Positions 8,534 through 17,825 of a DNA stretch of 64,000 nucleotides are shown piece by piece. Position numbers and translations under genes: made by a program. The stretch lies in assembly GCF_034103185.1 (NCBI RefSeq), contig NZ_JAXEGG010000009.1. The stretch is one strand, 5' to 3'. The notes beneath the pieces were generated by a model, which saw nothing but the letters and a program-made list of their open reading frames with translations, was not told the origin of the DNA and did not search any database. Positions within the stretch are counted from its first letter, which is position 1, and the number at the start of each line of letters is the position of its first letter. Source of the DNA: Prevotella sp. (GTDB taxonomy: Bacteria > Bacteroidota > Bacteroidia > Bacteroidales > Bacteroidaceae).

Positions 8534-11500
8534 TTATTTCACCACGAACTTCTTTCCGTTCACAACATACACTCCCTTGGGAAGCATGTCTAACGACGTA
8601 GCATTGCTGCGAACCCTCTTTCCCGAGATGTCATAGATGTCGAACGCTGCGCCCTCTGCGGCATCAGTGATGGTTGAAATGCCCGAAGTGCCTGTCTCAA
8701 CATAAACTGTTGCCGGTGCCGACTCGTTGCCATTGGCATAAACCACAGTCACCTGATACTTGTGGCTTCCGTTGAGCGGAGCATTGTCGATAAACTCGTT
8801 GACATCTTTCACAGAACCGATTTTCACACCGTCGCGGTAGATGTTGTAAGACTTCACGTTGCCCGTTCCCTTCTCAAACTTGATGTCGTCGATACCAAGC
8901 CAGTTGCACTGACCGGCGTCGTTCTTGCTCTGTATCGCGAAGAAGAGCGCGCCCTCGGGCAGGTTTACGCTAATCTCTTCCCACATGTTGTTTGATATTA
9001 CGTGGGTGTCGCCTATCTTGACGAAACTCTCCGGTTCGTTATCGGTTGTGGAATAGAGCACGTTTACATTCTCCTTGAACGGTTGCTGCGGCGCGTCATG
9101 GTTTATTGCATAGAAACTTATAGTCTGTGCGTTACCCGAGAGGTCGGGACTGATGAGCCAGTTGTCGTTAGGCGCATTTTCGCTACCGTCTTCGTTTATG
9201 CAGTAGAACGACGACAGGTAAGAGTAGCCGGAATGCCCGGGGAAGTAACTTCCGGCACTGTAATCCACCTCGAAGTTAGTCACCATGAAGGCATATTTCT
9301 CGTACTGATGCGGCAACTGCAGGTCTTCAAACAACGAACCCACGTGGTTCTTGTCACGGTCAACCATCTTCCAGTCGCCTACATTGTCGATAAGCCACGG
9401 CGCATAGTTCTCGAAGTCCTCTGTTATGTTTTCAATCTTCGGCTGCGGAGCCTTCCATGTGAGTTTCACCCCGCCTGCTACATTCGCCCCGGCGAGGTCG
9501 CCCACCGTGTTACCTACGTAGTCATAGAGTTTTATGCTGCCCTCTGCAGAGTTGTTATCGGTGTCCTCGTCGCCGTTGATTGTTATGCTCACGGTTACAG
9601 GCAAGGTCTCCGCTGCTTCCACAACGCTCGTTGCGAGCACCACCGGCACTTCCTTATAACCGAACGCCGACAGCACGTCATTCACGGTTTCGTCGAACAC
9701 TGTCGCGCCGGCAGCCTTCACAGTCACCTTATACCCTGTGGCGTCACTGCTTCCATAGTTCTTCACTTTCACCTTTATCGGAATATTGTTTCCGCGCTGT
9801 GCCTTCTCCGGCAGTATCAGTCCGGCAGCGATGTCGGTGTCTGCTGCCACGGCGATTTTCACGTTGTCGAGGTAAAGGGTCTGCGGAACGCTTGGCGAAC
9901 CGGTCGCTTCAAGTTGAAACCTGAACATCACATACTCCACCGCACCCATGTATTCGGGCACCGTTATCTGCGCAGTCTTCCAGTCTGCCGCCTCACTTAT
10001 GTTGTAAGAGCCCAACATCGTGGGATAGCCTCCGGGCATTATTGCCATTACGTTGAATTTAGCGTCGGGTGATCCGTCGGTCTTGTAGGTGAACGCCAGT
10101 TTCAGTTTGTTGGAAGATTCGAGTTTTATCTTTCCGGTGTTGATATTGAGTTTGTCGTTATATCCCAAGGTTGTGAACTTCAGGCACGACCCGTCGCCGT
10201 CGCCCGAAACCTTTTCGAAGCTCACCACAGACATGCCGTAGTTGTAGCCACTGCCTTCGCCGTCCATCCACCAGAAGTGCTCAAAGTCGTGCTTGAAACC
10301 GTCTGAGAAGCCCTCACGGAACGGCAGAGCGTCGGGTTTGCCCACGATGATAGCATTGGAGTAAGCAAACTCTCCCGTTCCGGCATTGTTTGAGGCAGCC
10401 ACGGCATATTGTTGCAGATGCTGTTCGCCCTCTCCCGTGTTCACGTCGATTTGCGTATCACATTCTCCCATGACGTCTTTCACCACGATTGTGGGTTTGT
10501 TCTCGGCATCGAAGGCACGAATCTTGTAGGTCATCTTGTCGGGATTTACTATTCCGTTGTTCGCTCCGCGTGTCACTGCAGTCCACTGTGCAGCAATGCT
10601 TGTCTTGTTGTCAGAGATTGTAAATGCGTCGGGCATGGCAGGCAGGTCAACACCCACAAAGACGGTTTTCTCCACCTCCGTGCCGCGGTTTCCGGCGTAG
10701 TAGGCTGCTATGCTGTAAGTATTGTTGCCGTTCACCGTGACGCTGTTGTCGTCGTAAGTCCGGTTGCTGCCCGGTGCTATGTTCTTCAGCACGGCGATAA
10801 TCTCCGCATTTCGTGTCACCACAACGCTGTCTATCGCGGTAAGATTGTCTCCGCCCACGTTCTTTGAAGGAGCCTTGAACGAAATCTTCGCCTTCAGGTC
10901 GCCCTTTGCATCGGGCACAACGTTGAAATTCTCGGGCATTGCCGGTGCCGTTGCCGCAGCCCCTTTCTCCACCTTTACATCGAAGAGCAGCAAGCGGTTT
11001 TGGTTGGCATCGCTTATGGCATGGAAACCGATGCAGTATTCTCCGCTCTCGGTCGGGGTGAAAGTCCTTGTTAACGTCACCGTGTCGCCATTCAGTTCTG
11101 TCGGCGGCAGTATGACATCTCCTGCCACGATACTGTTTTTCGTGGCTTCTCTTCCCATTTTCACCTCCATTCGTTCCACGTAAGTCTTGCTGTCGGAGAG
11201 CGCGCGGAACTTAATGTCATAGTTCACTCCGGCTTCCAATCTCATCTTGGGCGAGATGAGCCAGTCGTCGGCTTCGTTCTGCACACTGTATTTATAGCAT
11301 GCACTTTTCGAGCCGTTCCATTTCTCATAGAACTCCCACTTGCCGTCGTCTTCGTTCACATTGATTACGGTGAAGGTTTCAAACACCTCTTGGCTGTCGA
11401 ACTTCACGCTGAACACCGGTGCTGCGCCGTGTCGCTGACTTTTGCCGGCAACAGTCTCGTTGTTCTTTTCCGGCGTGTTCATTGCCCTTGCAATCTTCTT

Positions 11501-11614
11501 TGTCGTGTCAAAAGGTGCACGACCGCTCTGCCCTTTCTGCTGCGCCATACCCGTCGTTGGGGCAGACAGCATTACAGCGATGCAGAGTGAGGAAAGTAGA
11601 TTCTTTTTTCTCAT
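8534..11614 (-). CDS. T9SS-secreted adhesin-like protein (cleaved-adhesin/choice-of-anchor J, FN3-like, CARDB-like, short CTD)
   Basis: 1026 aa; signal peptide; ADDWLISP and NDNWLISPDLSG motifs; EDFENY...WKMVDRD; CTD IYDISGKRV...GVYVVNGKKFVVK. Confidence 0.85.
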   Translation of the reverse strand: MRKKNLLSSLCIAVMLSAPTTGMAQQKGQSGRAPFDTTKKIARAMNTPEKNNETVAGKSQRHGAAPVFSVKFDSQEVFETFTVINVNEDDGKWEFYEKWNGSKSACYKYSVQNEADDWLISPKMRLEAGVNYDIKFRALSDSKTYVERMEVKMGREATKNSIVAGDVILPPTELNGDTVTLTRTFTPTESGEYCIGFHAISDANQNRLLLFDVKVEKGAAATAPAMPENFNVVPDAKGDLKAKISFKAPSKNVGGDNLTAIDSVVVTRNAEIIAVLKNIAPGSNRTYDDNSVTVNGNNTYSIAAYYAGNRGTEVEKTVFVGVDLPAMPDAFTISDNKTSIAAQWTAVTRGANNGIVNPDKMTYKIRAFDAENKPTIVVKDVMGECDTQIDVNTGEGEQHLQQYAVAASNNAGTGEFAYSNAIIVGKPDALPFREGFSDGFKHDFEHFWWMDGEGSGYNYGMSVVSFEKVSGDGDGSCLKFTTLGYNDKLNINTGKIKLESSNKLKLAFTYKTDGSPDAKFNVMAIMPGGYPTMLGSYNISEAADWKTAQITVPEYMGAVEYVMFRFQLEATGSPSVPQTLYLDNVKIAVAADTDIAAGLILPEKAQRGNNIPIKVKVKNYGSSDATGYKVTVKAAGATVFDETVNDVLSAFGYKEVPVVLATSVVEAAETLPVTVSITINGDEDTDNNSAEGSIKLYDYVGNTVGDLAGANVAGGVKLTWKAPQPKIENITEDFENYAPWLIDNVGDWKMVDRDKNHVGSLFEDLQLPHQYEKYAFMVTNFEVDYSAGSYFPGHSGYSYLSSFYCINEDGSENAPNDNWLISPDLSGNAQTISFYAINHDAPQQPFKENVNVLYSTTDNEPESFVKIGDTHVISNNMWEEISVNLPEGALFFAIQSKNDAGQCNWLGIDDIKFEKGTGNVKSYNIYRDGVKIGSVKDVNEFIDNAPLNGSHKYQVTVVYANGNESAPATVYVETGTSGISTITDAAEGAAFDIYDISGKRVRSNATSLDMLPKGVYVVNGKKFVVK

Positions 11615-11627
11615 ACTTTTCTTTTTT

Positions 11628-12011
11628 TTAATTGTTACACTTATCTTGTTTTGTTAATCTTGTTTCAAACTTAACCATAGAGTCGAGCAGAGCGGCGTCG
11701 CTTATGGGCTTCGTGAGATAGTCTATGACGTTCATGTCGCTGTGCTTAGGGTTTCCTTTTCGGTACGGAGTGGCGAAGATTACGGGCGTCAGACGGTTGT
11801 TCGACCTGCGTATCGCGTCTGCACTGCTGCCGTCGGAAAGTTCCACGTCGGCTATTATGAGGTCCACGTCGTGCCTGTTGAGGTATTCGGCGGATGTGTC
11901 CATGTCTTCGATGATGCACAAAAGATTATAGTCGGGGCGCAACTGTCTAACCACTTCCTTTATCTCGAGCGAAGTGAGGTACTCATCCCCCATTATGACA
12001 TATCTCTTCAT
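11628..12011 (-). CDS. Receiver-domain-only response regulator (LytTR-type receiver without output domain)
   Basis: MKRYVIMGDE...IIADVELSDG...VIFATPY...DYLTKP; ends ~20 aa after the KP motif; likely start is the second ATG; TAAATTTG box at 12043-12050 (minus). Confidence 0.75.
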   Translation of the reverse strand: MKRYVIMGDEYLTSLEIKEVVRQLRPDYNLLCIIEDMDTSAEYLNRHDVDLIIADVELSDGSSADAIRRSNNRLTPVIFATPYRKGNPKHSDMNVIDYLTKPISDAALLDSMVKFETRLTKQDKCNN

Positions 12012-12164
12012 TTTATCTCTTTGATATTTCAAATCCAATGCGCAAATTTAGGAAAAAGAACAAAAACGATAAAGCAAAAACTACCGAACTCCGCATTTTT
12101 ATTACCGAAGTGGAATATCGGTAGAATGAATTTGCGACTTATATATCGCCATCCACAGCCTTAA

Positions 12165-12331
12165 TACATGCTCTTTCCTACTGCTGTCGGGGGCATAACG
12201 AAGTGTTGTCGGATATATGTCGGGAAGTAAAACCGCCGATTTTGCACAGCAATTTCGGCGAAATTGGTCGGCAAAACCGGCGAAATTGAACGACAAAACC
12301 GGCGAAATTGCAATGCAACTCCGCCGGTCTT
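12165..12331 (-). repeat. Dispersed intergenic element, copy 1: 22-bp-period array of 15-bp quasi-palindromes plus tail
   Basis: Units at 12229, 12251, 12273, 12295 (degenerate fifth at 12317): aaaaccgccgatttt, aatttcggcgaaatt, aaaaccggcgaaatt x2; tail runs leftwards. Confidence 0.85.
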
Positions 12332-12406
12332 GCTCTATCATTTGGTTTCTTTACCAATCGGATTGGGCTTTATTCGTGTCCAAACAGATGTCTCTCTGCC
12401 CTGTGT

Positions 12407-15292
12407 TTACCTCACTACGAACTTCCGTGTTGTCTTTCCTTTGGCGTTCTCCACGCTCAAGACATACACTCCGGCGGCGAGAGGCAGGCTGACAGTCTTG
12501 CCGGTCGGCACTACAGACAGCACTTTCGTGCCCGACATGCTGAACACTTCCACCTTTTCTGCGCAGCCTTTGTCGCCGGCGCAGTCTATCGTAACGGCGT
12601 GTCCGTTGTCGTGGAATGTGACAAGGATATCGCTGCTGGCGGCAGTAGCATCAGCAATTCCCGACACGTTGCCAATGGTATAAATGCCTCCGTAGTTGAC
12701 GTATTTGCCCACGTTCTCGTATGTTTCCTTATCCTTCTGCGTCTCGATAATCACGAAATAATCGCCGTCGTCCAGTGCCGGTGTGTAGTTCTTGCTGATT
12801 GTCTTTGTCTCGCCCGCTGTCATCTTCAGGCTGAACTCGATGTGCACAGCTTCTCCGCCCGTGCCTGTAATCGGTCTCATGCGGATGTAGAGTTTGCGTG
12901 TGAAGTCCTGTTTTGCCTTCAGTGTGATGCTGAACGGCACTTTCACACCCTTCTGCATCTGCCTCGGGAGAGTGAATTTCTCACACTCCAGCACGAGGTC
13001 GGGGTTCTCCTGCACCTCTACGATGCAATCTTCGAAACTGTTCTCCACGGCTTTCTGTCCCTCTTCGGTGATGTAGTAGGTTCTTATCTTGTACTGTCCC
13101 GGGTCCATGTCAACCCTGTTGTAGTACATCACACTGCGTTCCTCGCCCGATTTGAACGACTCTTTTGTCAATATGAACGGATAAGAGGCGGTGGCGTCAT
13201 CGGCTTTCTCCAGTTTCATCAGCATGTTCACGCAGCCCTCTACGCCGTAATTCCTCACGCCGTGCGATGCCAATATTTTATCGCCTTGCTTCACTTCCGG
13301 AACATAGCTCGGGTATCCAATCCACAGATACTGCTTTGTCTGCCTGATGATAGGCGTTGTTGCCTCGCCCTTAACTTCCATTGTGGCTCTGCCCACGGCA
13401 TCATCCTTGAACGGATAAGCCTCGTATTTGTCTTCGAAAGCCGTCACGTCATACATTCCCGGCTGCAAATCCTCGGGCAGACTCGCGATAAGCGTTATCA
13501 CCTTTTCGCTGTTGTCATATACGCGCTTGGTTGAATTTCCCGCTTCGCCGATGATGTACGACTTCTCCGGATTGTCAACCGAGGTGAACTTCAGCATCAC
13601 TTTGTTGAGGTAGAAGTCGTCGCTGTTGTTCTTGATGTTCAGTCGGAATGCTCCGCTTCCTTTCGCATACAGGTCGCCATCGGTGCTTATCTTCTCCAGA
13701 AGCGTGACATCGGGAACCGGAGTGTTCATCTCTGCGGTCATCTTTCCGCCGGTTATGGTCACGTTTGCGTATGCAGGCAGGTTGTTAGAGTGGCGAAGTC
13801 GGGTGTATTCTGTTTCCCCGTCAGCCTTTATTGCGAACATAGTGCGATACTGTCCGTCCTCAACCCCGTTCACTTTCTCTGAAATGTCCTTCATGCTATA
13901 CTGTATCGCGCCTATCAGTTGTGCCGAACTCGGGTCTATTCCGCGGATGCTGATGTTATCTTCCTTGAGCACTTTCACTATCTGCCCGTCTTTTTCGAGC
14001 ACCGCCGCGATTTTTCCGGTGAACGTTTCAGTGTCGTGGTTCTCCACGAAAGACATGTATTGGAACATGATGTTTGTTGAACCGTATGGGAACACGGCAA
14101 GTCGCGATGCGCCATACACGGGCCAATCACCTTTCTTGTTTGCTGTTGTTGCCGGCTTTATGCCCACGATTATTTCCTGTCCGAGGTTATATCCGCCACC
14201 GTTTGCACCGATTCCGAGGTCGTAGGGGTTCATGGCGTTCACCATGAAGTAGCCGTTGCTCTTTCCATACCAGCCCCAGTTGATGTGCACGAAGTCGTTT
14301 GAGTCGTAGCCGTCGCACACGAAGGCATGTCCTCCCATGCCGTCCTCGTTAGACGCGCTGTAGTAAAGCGGGCGTCCGGCGTTCAGTTCGTTCTTTATCA
14401 TCTGTATCCACTCCGGTGTGGTGTAGTAGTCGCGCACTTTATAACTCATGCCTTTGTCGTAGCCGAAATACTTCACCAGCGCACCCGTTACCATCTGCGA
14501 AAATGCGCCGCTGCCACCGGGCATGTAGGTCATGTTCACCGAGATACCGAGCTGGCTGCACAGAGTTGCCACGGCGTCGTTCTGGTCTTGGTCGGCGTTA
14601 TTTTTCTCAAGGCGTGCCGGCATCTTGCTCCAGTCGTAGGTGGTGGAGCCGAAGTCTGCCGTGAGAGTTCCCACGTTGGATGTGTAGGAATATGTTCCCG
14701 TTCCGTGCTCGGGGTATTTGTGAAACCGCATTATCTGTGCCATTGCTGTGGCAACGCAGCCCACATAGTAGTTCACATCTTTCCCTTCATCGTTCTTGTA
14801 CTTAGGACACTTCAGATTGAACGGTGCGTCCTGTCCCCACTCGGTGTCCTCAAGAAGCGGATTTACCACCGGAGTTCCCGGCTCGTTGGCAAAGTTTCGG
14901 CTTGCCAATGACTCGAAAGTGCCGTTTTCTATCACGTCGGCATAGAACTGCATCCATGCCACGAGGTTGTCGGGAGCGTTCTCGAAGTCGAAAGAACTCT
15001 CGGTGGAGTAAGCCAAAATGTCTGCAACCTCATCGTCGCCGGACACAATCACGAAGCCCTTGCCGTTACCGGCGTTGTATATGTAGTAGGGGGCGTAACC
15101 CTGCTGCGGCGACTTCCTGATGTTCAGTCGCTGCGGGATGTCAAGCAGTTTCGCCTTCGTGCTGCCCGGAATGTTCCGGTTGAGGAAGCGTTCTGCCAGC
15201 AGGCGTGCTTCAGCCTGAGATACTTTTTTAGCGAATACGGATGCCGGAAGCATCGTAATAAGCAGTAACAAGATAGATAAAATTCTTTTCAT
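12407..15292 (-). CDS. Peptidase C10 (streptopain/PrtT/interpain-like) with Spi-type prodomain, C-terminal Ig-like domains and T9SS CTD
   Basis: WGQDAPFN, GCVATAMAQIM (catalytic Cys), GGHAFVCDGY (His), HINWGW; GFVIVSGDD prodomain; start MKRILSILLL at 15292. Confidence 0.92.
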   Translation of the reverse strand: MKRILSILLLLITMLPASVFAKKVSQAEARLLAERFLNRNIPGSTKAKLLDIPQRLNIRKSPQQGYAPYYIYNAGNGKGFVIVSGDDEVADILAYSTESSFDFENAPDNLVAWMQFYADVIENGTFESLASRNFANEPGTPVVNPLLEDTEWGQDAPFNLKCPKYKNDEGKDVNYYVGCVATAMAQIMRFHKYPEHGTGTYSYTSNVGTLTADFGSTTYDWSKMPARLEKNNADQDQNDAVATLCSQLGISVNMTYMPGGSGAFSQMVTGALVKYFGYDKGMSYKVRDYYTTPEWIQMIKNELNAGRPLYYSASNEDGMGGHAFVCDGYDSNDFVHINWGWYGKSNGYFMVNAMNPYDLGIGANGGGYNLGQEIIVGIKPATTANKKGDWPVYGASRLAVFPYGSTNIMFQYMSFVENHDTETFTGKIAAVLEKDGQIVKVLKEDNISIRGIDPSSAQLIGAIQYSMKDISEKVNGVEDGQYRTMFAIKADGETEYTRLRHSNNLPAYANVTITGGKMTAEMNTPVPDVTLLEKISTDGDLYAKGSGAFRLNIKNNSDDFYLNKVMLKFTSVDNPEKSYIIGEAGNSTKRVYDNSEKVITLIASLPEDLQPGMYDVTAFEDKYEAYPFKDDAVGRATMEVKGEATTPIIRQTKQYLWIGYPSYVPEVKQGDKILASHGVRNYGVEGCVNMLMKLEKADDATASYPFILTKESFKSGEERSVMYYNRVDMDPGQYKIRTYYITEEGQKAVENSFEDCIVEVQENPDLVLECEKFTLPRQMQKGVKVPFSITLKAKQDFTRKLYIRMRPITGTGGEAVHIEFSLKMTAGETKTISKNYTPALDDGDYFVIIETQKDKETYENVGKYVNYGGIYTIGNVSGIADATAASSDILVTFHDNGHAVTIDCAGDKGCAEKVEVFSMSGTKVLSVVPTGKTVSLPLAAGVYVLSVENAKGKTTRKFVVR

Positions 15293-15462
15293 AAATTTGC
15301 ATTTGATGTTTGATAATATTCTCCAAGTATCATGTCGCCGTGCTCTTCCGTTCTTTACGAGCCGGGCATGACGTGGTTGCAAAATTAGCATAATATTTTT
15401 ATTCAGCATAAATATTGACATTTTAATTTGCCGTTTTAACATAAAAAGTGGTTTTTTCTCAT

Positions 15463-15470
15463 TACCTTTG
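15463..15470 (+). promoter_or_regulatory. Bacteroidetes -7 promoter box upstream of miaB
   Basis: TACCTTTG matches TAnnTTTG and supports a start at 15489 rather than 15468. Confidence 0.6.
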
Positions 15471-15488
15471 CACCCAAATCAAATTCTG

Positions 15489-16847
15489 ATGAAGAAACTT
15501 TTTATAGAGACATACGGCTGCCAGATGAACGTTGCCGACTCTGAAGTGGTGGCTTCGGTGATGAAAATGGCAGGATATGATGTCTGCGAAGACATCGCGG
15601 AGGCTGACGCAGTGTTCCTTAACACGTGCTCGGTGCGCGACAATGCGGAGCAGAAAATTTATCACCGGTTGGAGGAACTGAACGCCATGAGGCGCAACAG
15701 GCTTGCCGGAGGTGCTGCGCGTAGCCGGGAGCAGGATGCCGCTCCGCTGATAATCGGAGTGCTCGGCTGCATGGCTGAAAGGGCGAAAGACGACCTGCTG
15801 CAGAACCACCACACCGACCTCGTGGCAGGTCCCGACTCATATCTCGCACTGCCCGACCTCATGGCACAGGCTGAAATGGGAAACAAGGCGATGGACATCG
15901 AACTGTCAACCACCGAGACCTACCGCGACATCGTTCCGAGAAGGATATTCGGGGCGAAGATAGGCGGGTTTGTAAGCATCATGAGAGGGTGCAACAACTT
16001 CTGCCATTACTGCATTGTGCCTTATACAAGGGGGCGCGAACGGAGCAGGGATATAGGCAGCATACTGCGCGAAGTGGGCGACCTGAGAGAGCGGGGATAC
16101 CGCGAGGTGACGCTGCTGGGGCAGAATGTGAACAGTTACCGATATGATGCCGACGGAGAGATGACAGACTTCCCCACGCTGCTGCGCCGTGTGGCAGAGG
16201 CTGTTCCGGCAATGAGGGTGCGCTTCACGACATCGCATCCCAAGGACATGAGCGACGAAACACTGCGCGTAATAGCCGAAATGCCAAACGTGTGCAAGCA
16301 CATACATCTGCCCGTTCAGAGCGGAAGTGACCGCATACTGAAACTGATGAACCGAAAATACACTCGCGAATGGTATCTCGACCGGGTGGCTGCAATAAGG
16401 AGGATAGTGCCCGACTGCGGACTGTCAACCGACATCTTCGTGGGCTATCACGGCGAAACCGAGGAAGACCACAGGCTCTCTCTGTCGCTGATGCGGGAGG
16501 TCGGGTACGACTCTGCGTTCATGTTCAAGTACTCGGAACGCCCCGGAACCTATGCCTCAAAGCATCTCCCCGACAACGTTTCGGAAGAGGTGAAGCTGCG
16601 AAGACTCTCGGAACTCATCGAACTGCAGACCCAAATATCGGCAGAACAGAACCGAAAAGACGTGGGGAAGGTGTTCGACGTGCTCGTGGAAAACTTCTCG
16701 AAACGCTCCCGTGAGCAGCTCTGCGGGCGCAATGAGCAGAACAAGATGGTGGTGTTCGGCAAAGGAAACCACCACATCGGGGAAACGGTGAGGGTGAGAA
16801 TAACCGGCTCGTCGAGCGCAACACTGCTCGGAGAACTCTCCGAGTGA
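15489..16847 (+). CDS. miaB: tRNA-2-methylthio-N6-dimethylallyladenosine synthase (radical SAM)
   Basis: ETYGCQMNVADSE, NTCSVR, GCNNFCHYCIVPYTRGRERSR, C-terminal TRAM domain. Confidence 0.95.
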   Translation: MKKLFIETYGCQMNVADSEVVASVMKMAGYDVCEDIAEADAVFLNTCSVRDNAEQKIYHRLEELNAMRRNRLAGGAARSREQDAAPLIIGVLGCMAERAKDDLLQNHHTDLVAGPDSYLALPDLMAQAEMGNKAMDIELSTTETYRDIVPRRIFGAKIGGFVSIMRGCNNFCHYCIVPYTRGRERSRDIGSILREVGDLRERGYREVTLLGQNVNSYRYDADGEMTDFPTLLRRVAEAVPAMRVRFTTSHPKDMSDETLRVIAEMPNVCKHIHLPVQSGSDRILKLMNRKYTREWYLDRVAAIRRIVPDCGLSTDIFVGYHGETEEDHRLSLSLMREVGYDSAFMFKYSERPGTYASKHLPDNVSEEVKLRRLSELIELQTQISAEQNRKDVGKVFDVLVENFSKRSREQLCGRNEQNKMVVFGKGNHHIGETVRVRITGSSSATLLGELSE

Positions 16848-16879
16848 CGGCACGGCGGAATAAGGAAAGGAGGAAAACC

Positions 16880-17800
16880 ATGAACGACAACGGAAATGCA
16901 AGCCTCATGAAGGCATACAACCGATACCTGCGACTGCAGCGAGGACTGTCGGCAAACACGCTCGACGCCTATCAGCGCGACGTGAAAAAACTGATGGATT
17001 ATCTCGACGGAGAGGGCATAAGACCCGTTGACGTAACCCTCGACCACCTGCGCGCGTTCGCCGCTTCGCTCCATGACCTCGGCGTGGGGGCAACATCGCA
17101 GTGCCGGATACTTAGCGGAGTGCGCTCGTTCTGCAACTTCATGGTGCGCGACGGGCGCATGGAGAACGACCCATCGGAACTGCTTGAGAGCCCGCAGACG
17201 GGCAAACACCTGCCCGAAGTGCTATCTACAGAGGAGGTTGACATGCTCGAGGAAGCCATAGACTGCCGCAAATGGGAGGGTCCGCGCAACCGGGCCATAA
17301 TAGAGATGCTGTTCTCCTGCGGGCTGAGAGTGAGCGAACTGGTCAATCTGAAACTGTCTGACATGTACCTCGACGAGCGTTTCATACGTGTCTGGGGCAA
17401 GGGAAACAAGGAGCGGCTTGTGCCAATCTCACCGCGGGCAATAGACGAGTTGAACCTTTGGTTCGAGCGAAGAAACACTATGGAGATAAAGCCCGGCGAG
17501 GAGGATTACGTGTTCCTGAACCGCCGCGGAGCGCATCTCACGCGCACTATGGTGCTGATATTCATAAAGAACTACGCCCGCGACGCCGGCATAAGGAAAA
17601 CCATCTCGCCCCACACGCTGCGCCACTCCTTCGCAACATCACTGCTCGAGGGCGGTGCAGACCTGCGTGCGATACAGGCAATGCTGGGACATGAGAGCAT
17701 CGGGACAACCGAGATATACACCCATGTGAGCACCAAGACGCTGCGAGAGGAAATCTTGCAACATCATCCGAGAAACATCTTGCATGGGGATAACAAATGA
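16880..17800 (+). CDS. xerD: XerD/XerC tyrosine recombinase
   Basis: SANTLDAYQRD, GLRVSEL, ISPHTLRHSFAT, LGHESIGTTEIY; chromosomal operon context. Confidence 0.88.
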   Translation: MNDNGNASLMKAYNRYLRLQRGLSANTLDAYQRDVKKLMDYLDGEGIRPVDVTLDHLRAFAASLHDLGVGATSQCRILSGVRSFCNFMVRDGRMENDPSELLESPQTGKHLPEVLSTEEVDMLEEAIDCRKWEGPRNRAIIEMLFSCGLRVSELVNLKLSDMYLDERFIRVWGKGNKERLVPISPRAIDELNLWFERRNTMEIKPGEEDYVFLNRRGAHLTRTMVLIFIKNYARDAGIRKTISPHTLRHSFATSLLEGGADLRAIQAMLGHESIGTTEIYTHVSTKTLREEILQHHPRNILHGDNK

Positions 17801-17825
17801 ACTACTTGAACAAGAAGAAGAAACA

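Noticed and set aside
15293-15442. 5' ORF extensions (C10 to 15442, OMP to 43190, cbiE to 53081, cbiH to 54379)
   Set aside because: Signal peptides, domain starts and promoter boxes point to the downstream ATGs.
16880-17800. Tyrosine recombinase as the integrase of a mobile element
   Set aside because: XerD-like size and motifs, host-like composition, overlapping housekeeping genes, no att-like repeats seen.
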